A stretch of DNA of 64,000 nucleotides, from the NCBI GenBank assembly GCA_002633005.1, contig NMRA01000109.1, positions 904,624 through 968,623 on the forward strand, given 5' to 3'. Position 1 is the stretch's first letter, and the number at the start of each line of letters is the position of its first letter. This stretch comes from Phoronis australis (taxonomy: Eukaryota; Animalia; Phoronida). Below, in pieces: positions 52,028-64,000 of this stretch. A model generated the notes under the pieces. It was not told where the DNA came from. It saw only the letters and a list, made by a program, of their open reading frames with translations, and searched no databases. Both the position numbers and the translations under genes were made by a program.

Positions 52028-53182
52028 TGACATTTCATTTACCGGACAACGAAAACAGCATTCCAGAAAGGTGTTCAAATCGATTTTGTTCTCACTAAAA
52101 ACGTTTTCTGGACATAAGGTAATGTTTTGTACAAAAGACGCAGGTGTATCTATTTCGGCACTCCCACGGGGAAACAACATAGTACTGAGAAAGTAGATCT
52201 ATCATGTAACCGTTTCAATCTTTCTTATTTAGACAGTGTGGAAAGTCGATTTACAAATTCGAATAGACACACGATATTGCTTTCTGAGTTTTTACTTGTT
52301 TTTATCATTAGCGTTATTTCAGCTAAGTCATCAAAACAGATAATTATTTTCGTGTAAAATGCATCGGGCACTAAATGTGTGGACTAAATGTTTGCATTAA
52401 ATATGACAGACTTAAAGGTACTTTAGAATACTTTGGTAACGGTCTTTCCTTCAAACAAGTGTTGGGAATCTGGTGAAATGCACTGCGTACGATCTTTGGT
52501 TCGTTGTGTTTCATGTAGACAAAGTAAAATCCGATCATAAAGTTTTAATTCATCTGCTGAAAGACAAAGAACTCAGGATCGTCTTTTCTTACCTAAACAC
52601 ATCCTTGGAGGCAATTTTCTAGTATTGAGCAATTACGTGCATTGGTCTACACCGTTTACTTAATGTTCTGGTCTAAACCAAGAATTTTTCTTAGAAAACA
52701 TCTTTGTGTCGGATTCGTGTTACGTAATATTTTGAAGAAAAATAAATAACCTCGTCACATTTCGTAGAATTTTGATATCGTATGATTAAATGAATATGTT
52801 TACTGAAAGATTCATAATCCAAAAACTTAAATACATATCTTCATCTTTATTATTTCCGTGATCAGTGTTTTACTGAGAATCATATGATTGAGTGAATATT
52901 TTTAATGAAAGATTCTTAATCCAAAAACTGAATCACATATCTTTCATATTAACCATGATTTTATAAAGCATTATGTCTTCCCGACCTTAATGGCAATGTA
53001 TGTCACGAAGCTGATAACCCATTTTTTAGATGGACGTTAAACTTTACTTTACGGGATCCACTCGATAGACTCCTTTCAAAAGTCCTTCATTGTTTTAGAA
53101 GAATGCACGTAACAGTTTTTATCGTTAAATGTCTTCAAGTCAGGTCAAGTTATATCTCAAGATAGAGCAAGATTTTTGTACC

Positions 53183-54683
53183 CCATACCCGGATTTGCAG
53201 CGCAAACGAACTACGCATTGCGCATGTGCGAGTTACTTCCTGCGCGAAGGCTCATGGGATAGCTTGTGGTCAGGCATGTCTTAAGCAGGCTGGATAGTGT
53301 GTGCATTTGGAGTGATTTGCAAACTAAAAACCATGTTTCATTTTTTTGCTTTATAATACCAAGCAAGTCCTCTCCCTCTCTCGTTCGTAAACACAACGTA
53401 GCTATTATCAGTGACCGTGTGACCGAGGGCACGACTGTCGTCATGTTCAGTATTGGGCCTATTGGCGTTGATTTCGAAATCTCCTCCGATTTCAGACAAA
53501 TTGATAGTTCTTGGGTTGCTTAACTTTTGTAGCTTTCGCCGTGGATATGCTAGAGACGTTAATTTTAAGAGGAAATTCCTTCGGAATGTTGTTCTCATAC
53601 GTCTTTTTTCCACCAGGAAAATGTTCGCTGCACACACGATGGCCCCTAGGCAATTACACCCACTGGATGCCGCAGGCATTCAGGGGCGATAGTACATCCT
53701 CACAAAAAGTTACTCATTTCAAAATACAGCAAATAAAATCAAATGAACCATACATATAGGAACACGGAGTTATAATTAACACATACCACGACTCTGGATA
53801 CAATTTAGTCGGCAAAACTTGAACAAATCGATGAAAATCTGTCGCGTTTGCTCGAGTTTCTCTCAGTTAGCGGGTGCCATTTTGAGGAAGTTACGTGAAA
53901 TTACGCATGTTGACGAATAAAAAGTCTAAGAGACACACATCTTACAAGTTTCACCCGATACCTTCTCATGCTATTTTACAAGGGTCACGCACTAGCATCA
54001 CGCGATTCGCTGAGTCTCGCGCTAACCTTTGCCTAACTCACGTGATTCAGTTGACATGCTTTATGGTTATCGCGCACGCGCTGATAAAATTAACTGCAAC
54101 CAAAAAGTGATGTAATTCTTCGCCAAAGTCAACTTAATTCTCACAACTAAGCTTAAGATATGTATAGAAGTAGAAAGGACCAATGATGAAAGTAAGCGTT
54201 TTTTAAACGATTGTTTTAAGTGTAGAATGTATTTTTGACGAGGTGAAAACTCGAAATCGGTAATCCAAATCCGGTCACGACCCGTTTAAAATACACTGAA
54301 GTAACAAAATGAGTACAGAAAGCGAATGGAAGTATTGTAGGCCCTATATGGCCAACCGAGGGGCTACGTGTTGCCTACTAGATGGCTCCGCATTGGTTTG
54401 AATGCGCTAAATCTCCCCTTACTCCCAGCTCTCCTAATGTTGTCTATCCATTTTTCACGAAGTTCTTAGTTTGCAGGGAACACATAAAAACTCGGATTTT
54501 TATCTCTCTTGTTGTTTTTGAAGCAGCCAGAAACACAACAAGTGTATCCGCCGTAAGTTTTCTTCGCGCTCATACCGCGTATTATGCTTGATACTACGGC
54601 CGCCTTCGGAATCCTGACCACAGCACCCACAATGCACCATTTTAACCTAATTTCAATATGGCGTCGCTGCAAATCCGCTATTG
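53183..54683 (-). mobile_element. THAP-domain DNA transposon relic (P, Harbinger/ISL2EU or Kolobok type)
   Basis: 54573 down to ~54370 reads MSAKKTYGGYTCCVSGCFKNNKRDKNPSFYVFPAN*ELREKWIDNIRR; ~53643 down to 53569 reads GHRVCSEHFPGGKKTYENNIPKEFP. Imperfect inverted ends CGGATTTGCAGCG at ~53189 and ~54665. Confidence 0.7.
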
Positions 54684-55175
54684 TAATGCCCTGACATAAG
54701 AAGCTTCATATGCCACTAGTCATCCGCCAATACCGTGGTCCTGCACCATAATTTTCCTAACAATTAAATTAAAATTCTATCGCATTTGTTTACACTGACA
54801 AAAATACACAACAGGATCGGTGAGGCATGGAAACAAACATTTGAGTTAATTTTGGAAACACAATAGTTTTGATCACTGTTACTATTTCAAGAGACGCCGC
54901 TGAAAACGCTAACATTAAAAAACCTTCAACACCAGCACTGGCTCAATACATAAAATTGACAATCATGCCTTTATTGGAAAAACTATCAGCAAAATATTTG
55001 GAATCTCTTTCGGAAGAATCAAACTGTACTCTGGACAAAACCATTTCATAATCATACATGTAAATACAGGGTGACGTAGTTTTTTAGAAAAATACTCTAA
55101 AATATGACTATCCGAGAATTTATTGCAAGCTGATGTTTTCAAATTCCAAGAATTACAAAGTTTCTTTCGCAAAGC

Positions 55176-55416
55176 CATGCGCGCACCCAGCCTAAATTAT
55201 AGGGGGCTCGAATTTTCCGGTACGCGGACCATTTACTGAATAAAATCAATGACTAAAACTGGACCTTTAGGTTCAGGCCTAGGAATTGATTTGTGCACTT
55301 TGTGGACTTTTGTCTCGTTTGCTAGGACTTTTTGTTCCATTGAGGCGGACCTTTTTAACTAATTTGGCCAATTGGGGACTCGTTCGAGCCCCAGAGCCCC
55401 CCTGGGTGCGCCCATG
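55176..55416. mobile_element. hAT-like MITE
   Basis: CATGCGCGCACCCAG/CTGGGTGCGCCCATG; 5-bp TSD aaagc/aaagt. Confidence 0.65.
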
Positions 55417-55535
55417 AAAGTACAGTAGTTAAGGAAAATGTCACTATTGACTCTAATTGCAGAACATTATCAATAATGAATGCATTTTTCAGACTACGCA
55501 CAGCTAACTCTTACAGCTTTCGCATGCTCCACTGA

Positions 55536-55692
55536 GTGAGTACTTACTGTACTGTATCATTTAACTACCTTGTACTACTACTTACTGTACTGTATCATTG
55601 AAGTACACTGTACCAGTACCCACTGTACTGTATCATTCAAGTACCCTGTACTAGTACTTAGTGTACTGTATCATTCAACTACCCTCTACTAC
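55536..55692. repeat. Minisatellite, ~35-40-bp unit containing TACTGTACTGTATCATT
   Basis: Four degenerate tandem units. Confidence 0.85.
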
Positions 55693-56008
55693 TTCCCATG
55701 TTTAAACTGAACGCAATTGCTACTGCAGAAACCATATAGCACATCAGCTCTGTTAAAAACCCTCCTTATCTCCGATGGAACTGCATAAGTAGCACTTGGT
55801 GCCAAACCTGAACAATTGTTGTTCCTTGCAACTGCGGCAACTTCCCCAACTTTCGCATACTGCAAAACAAACTTTTGATTCCTGGAATAAGCAAAAACGC
55901 TGTTAATTCCCTGTAAAACCATGCCTTTGTCAACACTTTTGTCAAAATTTTGATACACCCTGTAAAATACAACAAAAAAGTGAATCGTAAAATTTCTGTA
56001 TTTGCTTG

Positions 56009-57128
56009 TTAAGAGCCCAAATACTATATGTGGGCGCATCATGCGTAATATCTGTCCGTCCTTCTGGCGTCCGCTGCTGTATGTCCAAAACCCATTGATG
56101 TAATATGTTCCTTTCACAGATGGGGCGGCATGAGCGAATTTTTAGACGGTCCAACTACCGGTGTCTACTGGCAACTGTATTGTTTTACGTTTACCTGTGT
56201 ATCTGTCATTGAGATTACCCTACCTTCCCGTGTCGGCCATTTTTACTGCTTTCTAATCTTAATTATTGCCTTCCACGCCTCTGTAGGACAAACCACTGGA
56301 AGGATGATTAATAATATAAACATTGACATATATGTTGCTACTGAGAAGAGGACGGATGACCATTGTTTTCGGACAGCTACAACTACATGGGGTCCTACTA
56401 GTAACATTTTTTTTACCTCCGTGTCTGTATCTCCTAAAACCACGGTAGGGTCTTTGTTAAATTTGCCAATGTACATTTATATGAAGGTGACAACAGGTGA
56501 CCATGACTTTCGGACGGATCCAACTACTGCTGTGCCCCCTAGTGGCAATTTCATTTCTTCTCGTTTTATTCTGTATCTTTACTTGAAGTTCTAGCTTGGA
56601 CGGATTTTTAAGAAATTTGGCAAGTAGATTATTTTTAAAGAAGCGAGGACATGTTTTCGATTTCAGATGGATTTGACATAGTGTAGGCTTCCTAGTGGCC
56701 GTTTTGTAATTATATTTGAGTCTGTTTTAAGCGTCCATCTCTCTATCGGCCAAACTACTCGAAGAATCGTTATAAAAACTGGTAAATCTTGTCCTACTGG
56801 CAAGAGCATTGTTGAAGATTTTTGTACTGTTTGACTACTGTGGAATTTGGCAAGTGTATTTCTACGAAGGTGCCAACACATGACGACGTTTGGGCAAATC
56901 AGACTACCACTGTGCTTCCAGTGGCAGTTTTATTTTATACGGTCTTGGCAGGTATGTTCCTACTGAGGAGAGCATTGTTGACTTGACATGCAACCCCTAG
57001 AGGCTACTTCAAGTTTACTAACATTGCTCCATTTAGTGAGAGTATTTGAAATAGTAATCATCCCTTTTATCTTCGCTGTACGCGATGCACTTGGTGGGCG
57101 CATATCAACGCTCCGCGTTGCTCTTGTT
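56009..57128 (-). mobile_element. HINE copy in reverse orientation
   Basis: Ends GTGGGCGCATATCAACGCTCCGCGTTGCTCTTGTT (reverse complement of the 5' end); starts with the 3' palindrome and GTCC microsatellite. Confidence 0.75.
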
Positions 57129-57630
57129 ACAAATTGTAGCACTAGTATTATCTTTGCCCACCCACTAAGATATGGGTAGACGGTCTCCAAGTCCAAGAAA
57201 ATGCAATTCTACGTATTGTTCGCTTCGAAAATCGTAAAACACAGAAACAAGCAACTTTTGAATCATACCACTTGCCCCAATTAGTCTCGACTTCGTCATT
57301 TTGGGAAGTGATTTCTGAATTCGCGAAGAACTGACAGTTCAATATTCTTTAAAATGAGAGACCGTGACAAGCCAATTTGTAGCGGTTCTTCTCAAGCAAT
57401 AACGAGCTGTGAGTTCTTTTGGAGCACTGAAATCACCCTCAATTTGATCAACCAATAGCTTGATGCCAATTTCGTAACAGTATACGATAAATCAAAAACA
57501 AATTTTTGTGATGGAAGGCTGGTTTATAGCCAATTTAGTCCGAACTAGGAAACAACTGAATACCCATAAATCCGAAAAGTGTCGAGAGATAATGCTACTT
57601 CTATTGTTTCAGGAAGCAACGTTTTAAAGC

Positions 57631-58080
57631 ATGTTGCAAAGCAGACCCCGTGAAGCTCTCGCCCAAATTTATGCAGTCTCTGCCGCAAGAGGTCTCGCAA
57701 TCACCCAGCTCGTACTTGGAGTTCTGTGTCTCATCTGCGGAATCGTCGTTCTTGCCATTGGCACGTATTTGTGGATTTACATAACAGGGGCGGCAGAATT
57801 GTGGTTACCACTGTTTCCTATCATCTCCGGCATTTTGGGAATCTTTGCAGCTCGCAACTGCACGTCTGGATTGATAGTCGCGCATATGGTGATGTCGATC
57901 GTCGCATGCTTGACCTCGTTCGGTCTGTTCATCGTGGGGTGTTTCTACGCTATTGTCACCGGAGTACATATCGCTATACTTATTTTGGCGTTCGCTGAAT
58001 TCGTCATTGCAATCATTTCTTCTGCATTTTGTTGCCGAGCCGTTTGTTGTGGTTCCGGTGGTAGTGCAGGAGCTATTTAG
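57631..58080 (+). CDS. MS4A/CD20-like four-transmembrane protein, paralog 2 (149 aa)
   Basis: LAITQLVLG, ELWLPLFPIISGILGIFAA, MVMSIVA and FAEFVIAIISSAFCCRAVCC; colinear with paralog 1; acceptor tgtttcag upstream. Confidence 0.82.
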   Translation: MLQSRPREALAQIYAVSAARGLAITQLVLGVLCLICGIVVLAIGTYLWIYITGAAELWLPLFPIISGILGIFAARNCTSGLIVAHMVMSIVACLTSFGLFIVGCFYAIVTGVHIAILILAFAEFVIAIISSAFCCRAVCCGSGGSAGAI

Positions 58081-60111
58081 TTAACTGTCGCTAGTTTACT
58101 TCAGTTCCGCAGCTTTACTTGTTATTTCCACAACCCAAAACTAAGCACCTATCACATCTCTATAATGGCTGTGCTTGATTGACTTAGGCGGTTCCACCCG
58201 GTCAACTGGCTTGGAGATCTCATTGGTCTGTAAGCCGAAAGTCATCATCAGTAACTGACCCGGCGGAACCGGTGCAGTCAAGTGCGGCCACTCGCATTTA
58301 TACAACATGAGCGAGTAAGTAATGTTTTGACTTACAGACTACTTTAAACAAATGACGCAATCAAAATTGGTAATATGTAATTGATGCTGTGTTGTTTCAC
58401 ATTCTGTCTGGTTATGTTTAATATGTCAAACATATAAATTCTTGTTATGCAAGTAAGCCTTATCGGGAAACTGCTTTTGCCACAATAGACAATGAATATT
58501 CATAGAGTAAATTGCAATCTTATAGGAGAAGAAGACCTTAAGAGTACATTACAGTCGTTCACGACTAAAGCGGCCGCCAGGGTGTTTGGCCACCGACGCT
58601 TTGTTTCACTTCATGGCATGTTTTACTTAATCAGTACCAGGTACAGTTAAATAACGCTAGGGGTCGCTAAATAAGTAAGATTTCGCTAGCGTACGCGAGA
58701 TATTGTCGTGTACGTGACTTTTCTCGCCACAAGATAAAATTAGTTGACCCTGGACTACAACTATGAAACATGAAAATCTGTTGTGTTTTTTGATTTTATT
58801 CTTAAGTACGTTTTTTAAAAATTTGATGAACACGCAAGTGTTCGCGATTAACAACTTTCAATGATACTCGCCCGAGCTCTCTATATCATCGACGGTCGTT
58901 CGCAGCGCAACAATAAAGCAGACAGCACACATACTTGATAAAACTAATGATTAAACTGACAGTAATATTTCAAGACTATTCTTGTCTTATATTCGGGCAA
59001 AAACGTAGTGACACAAAGTTACAAGAAATGCGACGAAGGTTCTTGACCCAATAGCAATGCTGAAAAATACACATACTGTGGAAAAAGTGCATCCCTGTGA
59101 GCTGCTCATCATCAAAACGGTTTTCCCCAAGAAGTCGTCAAAGATTTCAATATCTTTAACCAGCCCTGAGTGGGTGTCTTGTTAATCGTGAACACTGTTG
59201 TGTCTTCATCAAATTTTGTCTATAGGAGGCGCTACTGGCAGGTTATTTTTACCACATCGTTGATATAATGAACATTTGTTTTGTTTTCGTTTCATTTTCA
59301 TAGCGTATAGGCAGAAGTTGTGACATGGTTCTATTTACAAGTACAATAAAATCACAGCTGATTTATGTGTAGAGATTGTATATCGGATAATGAGAAGAGT
59401 TTGGTAAAATTAGTGAACGTTCATGCAATTGCTGGATTGAATTACTCATAAAACAATAAAATTGACCACGATTTCTTCTATCGTTCTCAGTATTCTGTCG
59501 AGCGAAAAACATATTTCAACCTCTTATCCAAGCAGCTTTCTGAATTTTCTAATAACTGAACAGTCATCGTAAACTATGACTTCATCACTCGAAATAGTAC
59601 CTGGCTTCCTGGCGACCACGATAATCAAGCGAACATTGAAATATTGGACATACTACTTGCAAACGACTTTGTACAACTGGTCAAAGAGCTTACAAGAATC
59701 TCTGCACCATTTACATCTTGCATTGACTTGTGTATTAGCAACAACCTCCGTTCTATTGCGTCCACGTTGGTTCTGCCTCTTATCGGTCAATCAGATCACC
59801 ATGACATGCATACGGGGCATCTATCTCATCATGTTCAGCTCACAATGAAGCTCCCGTCTTACAAAATGAGTTTGGAAATACGACAAACTAAATCAAATTC
59901 AATTGCATAACGACTTGATCAGTCGCGATTGGCATGCTATTCTCAGACGAAACAGCATCAGTCGAAACTGTAGTATCGAGATTCAATAAAGAAATCTGTA
60001 ACATATCCTACAGAAAAAATCCATCTAAATTCAAAGTAGATACTAATAAAAACAAAGCACGAACTAAAAACTCACTAACTTATATAGGCGCTACAAACAG
60101 TCTAGTAACCC

Positions 60112-61690
60112 TTTTCATGCGCCCATATATTTATATGTGGGCGCATCATGCCGTCATCTCCGTCCGGTGTCCGGCGTCCGCTGCCCTCCAAAACGACTTG
60201 ACGTATGTTTATGAAATTTAGAACATGTGTTCCTTCTATGGATGGGACGGCATGAGCGAACTTTCAGACGGATCCGATTACAGGTGTGCCCCCTAGTGGC
60301 AATTTTAGTTTTTTACGTTTACCTCTGTTTCTTCGAAAGTCCTGAACGGATTTTCATAAAATTTTGTATATAGGCACCTATTAGTGAGATGAAGCTATCC
60401 TCCAGTTTTCGGACGGATTCGACGTAGTTTGCACCACCTAGTGGCCATACTATTTTCGAGTCTGTTTTTTTGCGTCCACCCCTCTATCAACCTAACCGCT
60501 CAAAGGATGATTGTGAAAATTGGCATGTATGCTCTTAGTACGAAGTGGACGGCTGACGATATGATTTCCGACGACTTCAACTACTGTGGCGCCTCCTAGT
60601 GGCATTTTTTGTTTTTTGGGGGGGCTCATTGCTTATCTCCTAAACCGTTTGCAGGATCTTTACTTAATTTAGCAAGTGTTAATGTTGACAACGTGACGGA
60701 CGACCCGGCACGACGACTTTCAGACGGATCTGACTACTGGTGTGCCACCCAGTGGCAATTTTATTTTTTTACGTTTACCTCTGTATGTTCAAAGGTCCTA
60801 AACGTATTTTCATAAAATTTGGCATACAGGCATCTGTTAATGAGGTGACGCTATCTCTCCGTTTTCAGATAGATTCGACCTAGTTTACGCCACCTAGTGG
60901 CCATTTTTACTGTTTTTTGGCATCCACTCGTCTATCAACCAAACCGCTTTCAGGATAATAGTGAAAATTGGCATGTATGTTTTTACTATGAAGTGGACGG
61001 CTGACGATGATTTTCCGACGAGTTTGACTACTGTGGGACGGCTCTGAGTACTGGCGTGCCCTCTAGTAGCAATTTTAGTTTTTTAAGTTTCTCAGTTTGT
61101 ATCTTCAAAGGTGCTCATCAGATTTTCATAAAATTTTGAGTAGAGGCATCTATTGGTGACATGACGCTACCATCCTGTTTTTAGATGGAATCGAGGTATT
61201 TTACGCCACCAAGTGGCCATTTTCGCTGTTTTCAAATCTTGTTTTTGGCGTCCACCCCTCGATCAACCAACTCATTCTAAGGATGGTTTTGAAAATTGGC
61301 GTATGTTTTCAGTGTGAAGAGGACGTTTGATGATGGCGACTGACTACTGTGGCGCCTCCTAGTGACAGTTTTGTTTTGTTTTGCTTTGCGCCCACAGCTG
61401 TATCCCCAAAGCCCACTGCAGATCTTTATTAAATTTAGTAAGGGAATTTATATGAAGATAATAGGCGGATCGAACGGACGCTAAGCCCACAAGTGACAAT
61501 TTCATTTTGTTCTCTTTTCCTTTGTTTCTATGAAGTTCTTTGACAGATTTTTATGAATATTGCATGTTCACGTTTTTGGATGGATTGTACATTTTTGTGC
61601 CATCTAGTGGCCATTTTTATGATACAAATAAATAACCCTATAAGCTCACCATTTGCGTGGCACATTTCAACGCTCCGCGTTGCTCTTGTT
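60112..61690 (-). mobile_element. HINE copy in reverse orientation, lying between LINE fragments
   Basis: ATGCGCCCATATATTTATATGTGGGCGCAT palindrome, ~10 monomers with CCTAGTGGC-like cores, terminal CGCGTTGCTCTTGTT. Confidence 0.8.
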
Positions 61691-62052
61691 GTTTAAAGCA
61701 TTTGCCCTAAACTACTTTGACTATGGAAATATCTATCAATCCACTGGCGTTGGTGTTCTACTCCAGTTAGATCGTTTGCTGTATCAAGCTGCACTTTCAA
61801 TCACAGGATCATTTAAAGGTTCAGAAAAAATAAAGTTCACAATAGCCTGAATTGGTATACACTTTCCAAAAGAAGAAAACTACACATAAACATCACATGT
61901 ACGCATATAACGTTTTCAATAACATAACCAATGCGTCTAACAAGCTTATATTTAACAAATATGAAAGAGAATGCGACCTGAAGAATACCCTTATTTTCAA
62001 AATCCCTCGTCGTATTCCAGGGCAACTCGCAGATCAACAATTCCAGTGTGTA

Positions 62053-62521
62053 CAGGGCTTGGAATGACCAATGGCGAAAAACGCGGAAATTTTGACGGCC
62101 CGAAACATGCGAGCAGCCAGCCTTGAAAAAGTCGATGTGGACCTTTTGCCGACAAAAATCGGGAGGACTAAAAAAAAAAAAACGGTACCACCTTCGGAAG
62201 CGTGCGTCTGCGTCTGTCTTAGCTCGTCCGCCACTCCCACCTCCAAACATTTTTGGCTGCAGAGTCGTAGTATTTGTCACCGCGGTTTACAATCCACCAC
62301 GCTATCCCAGATGCTCCGGCAATGTTGACAATTTACGTTCCTCCAAACATAAAGAGCAAATTTCGCTTTTCGAGGTGAAAGTCGTCGGCAACGCGGCGGT
62401 AAGAAAGAAGTTTTCCGCGGAAATTTTATATCAAATCCGATTTCTTTACGCGGAAATATAATAAAATATGCGGACAGAACATTTGAAAAAAGCGGAAATC
62501 CGTGTTTCCGCGGAAAATTTA
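62053..62521. mobile_element. hAT-like MITE with GCGGAAA subterminal repeats, inside a LINE relic
   Basis: Starts CAGGGCTTGG; flanked by agtgtgta/agtgtata; right TIR is eroded. Confidence 0.45.
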
Positions 62522-62833
62522 CAGTGTATAAACAATTGGAATACACTGCCTTCAAGTTTAGAGACACATTCACCCTCAATGATCAGAAAAGCTTTAAAAT
62601 TCACTTCTGTCATGCCATTCTACCTTTCCCTCTTACTAAGTTCAAAACTATTCTAAGAGCTCTCGAAATACCTCTGAATAGATTGCGCTCTAGACTTTTA
62701 CTTACGACACAATTTCAGAAACGTCTCTCTGTTGTGCAACTTTGGGCAAGTTCAAACTAAATTCATTTTCTGTTGGACTGTGTAGTGTAATAGTGTAACT
62801 CAACAAGCAGTAGTAAAGGTGAAGACTCAGCAA

Positions 62834-62870
<37 letters not shown>

Positions 62871-62973
62871 TGTGTGTNNNNNNNNNNNNNNNNNNNNNNN
62901 NNNNNNNNNNNNNNNNNNNNNNNNNNNNNNNNNNNNNNNNNNNNNNNNNNNNNNNNNNNNNNNNNNNNNGTCT

Positions 62974-63036
<63 letters not shown>
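62834..63036. repeat. (CT)n(GT)n microsatellite spanning the assembly gap 62878-62969
   Basis: Seen directly. Confidence 0.97.
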
Positions 63037-63038
<2 letters not shown>

Positions 63039-64000
63039 CATGAATACACTAAATATTTCATGACAGCCTATCCAATTAATTTACAACAACGACAGGGACT
63101 CTTCCAGATCATCGAAGGAAAGTCTGATTTGTTCTCTACAAAGCCAATATCCTCACTAATGCTTCAAGTAAATTCTGTGTAGAAACAAATCTTGTGATGC
63201 TTCGACCCCTCGCATCATTTGTTTATAACAGTCTGCACGTGTATTGAAATGTTATGTCTTTTTTCTCTTTTTCATTTGTGTAATAATAATAATAGCTAAA
63301 ATATTCCCCATTTATTATTGTGTGTTTATTGTCTAAAGCCCGGATATATAAGGCTCACTGCGGTTCCCGGGCTGAATCTCATTGTGTTATATTTTTGTAA
63401 ATGTCTTAATAAACTGATAACTATATCCGAAGTGGCCCGAGAGAATGAAAGGCATCCGAAGTAATACATGCGGGATAGTTTTCAAGGGCAGAAATAATGT
63501 GTGGGAGCAGGTTTGGTTCGTCCGCGACCAAATAAATATGCTTACGAGAAACGAAAAGTAGATCAGGAGAGGAAACAAATGTGAGTACCTATGCCTCCCC
63601 GGGTACCTTAGAACTCAGTAGAAAGTGATTCAACAGATATTTTCTGGTCTTTTTATGGGAGAGGGGTGCTGCTTTCCAACTTCGTGAGCCAGAAGGGTAC
63701 TCACCTCGACACCTCCACCCCCGGGTTCCTATGCCTATGGTTAATTTCTGCCGAAAATACGGGATGGTCCAAGATGTTGCATGGGGTCAATAACCAGCTT
63801 CAAAGTACCAAGCATAACTTTGATAACCCTAAAACGATAGCGTCATTTTTAATCACGTCCGTCGGGAAGCCCGGGCAACCCCGTCTCCCCGAAATTTGCC
63901 TATGTATGAATTCATTTGCCTATTCAATCCCACTGTCTCCGTCTGATATAAACAAGTTTGAGTTTGCAGGCCTCAGAACGAAATTTAAACTGCCTTCTCG

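Larger units (their letters stand above)
59430..62700 (+). mobile_element. Fragmented CR1/L2-like LINE: APE endonuclease part 59430-60050, RT 3' parts 61690-62050 and 62520-62700
   Basis: LANDFVQLVKELTRIS..TSCIDLCISNN..SDH endonuclease motif; FDYGNIY..LDRLLYQAALSITG; WNTLP. Confidence 0.6.

Noticed and set aside
55689-56594. 142-aa and 154-aa ORFs as genes
   Set aside because: They overlap repeat sequence (HINE and adjacent fragments), with no domains or splice support.
58200-58262. Hammerhead ribozyme or SECIS element (CTGATGA on minus, GAAA on plus)
   Set aside because: The core motifs lie on opposite strands and there is no NUH cleavage geometry. The upstream ORF has no in-frame TGA.

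Overview
This is AT-rich, intron-rich, repeat-rich eukaryotic DNA, probably from an invertebrate animal (inferred from gene structure and repeat types; the species cannot be identified from sequence alone). Genes: (1) the 5' half of importin-5 (IPO5/RanBP5) on the minus strand, 11 phase-consistent exons encoding 410 aa and running off the left edge. (2) A head-to-head AT-hook plus 13x C2H2 zinc-finger gene on the plus strand, 8 coding exons, ~854 aa, apparently sharing a bidirectional promoter with IPO5. (3) Two paralogous MS4A/CD20-like four-transmembrane genes, each with a single coding exon (48.2 kb and 57.6 kb). The rest is mostly transposon material: six Helentron-type non-autonomous elements, two Mutator-like foldback MITEs with 9-bp TSDs bracketing the promoter, a decayed hAT transposon and MITEs with unusual 5-bp TSDs, and Tc1/mariner, THAP-transposon, Tx1/L1 and CR1-like LINE relics. 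An 868-bp duplication is probably an assembly artefact. The most striking observation is that the Helentron internal arrays are a 450-bp higher-order repeat of three ~150-bp monomers, each carrying a near-consensus CTCF motif. All calls are by eye; no searches or folding programs were run.
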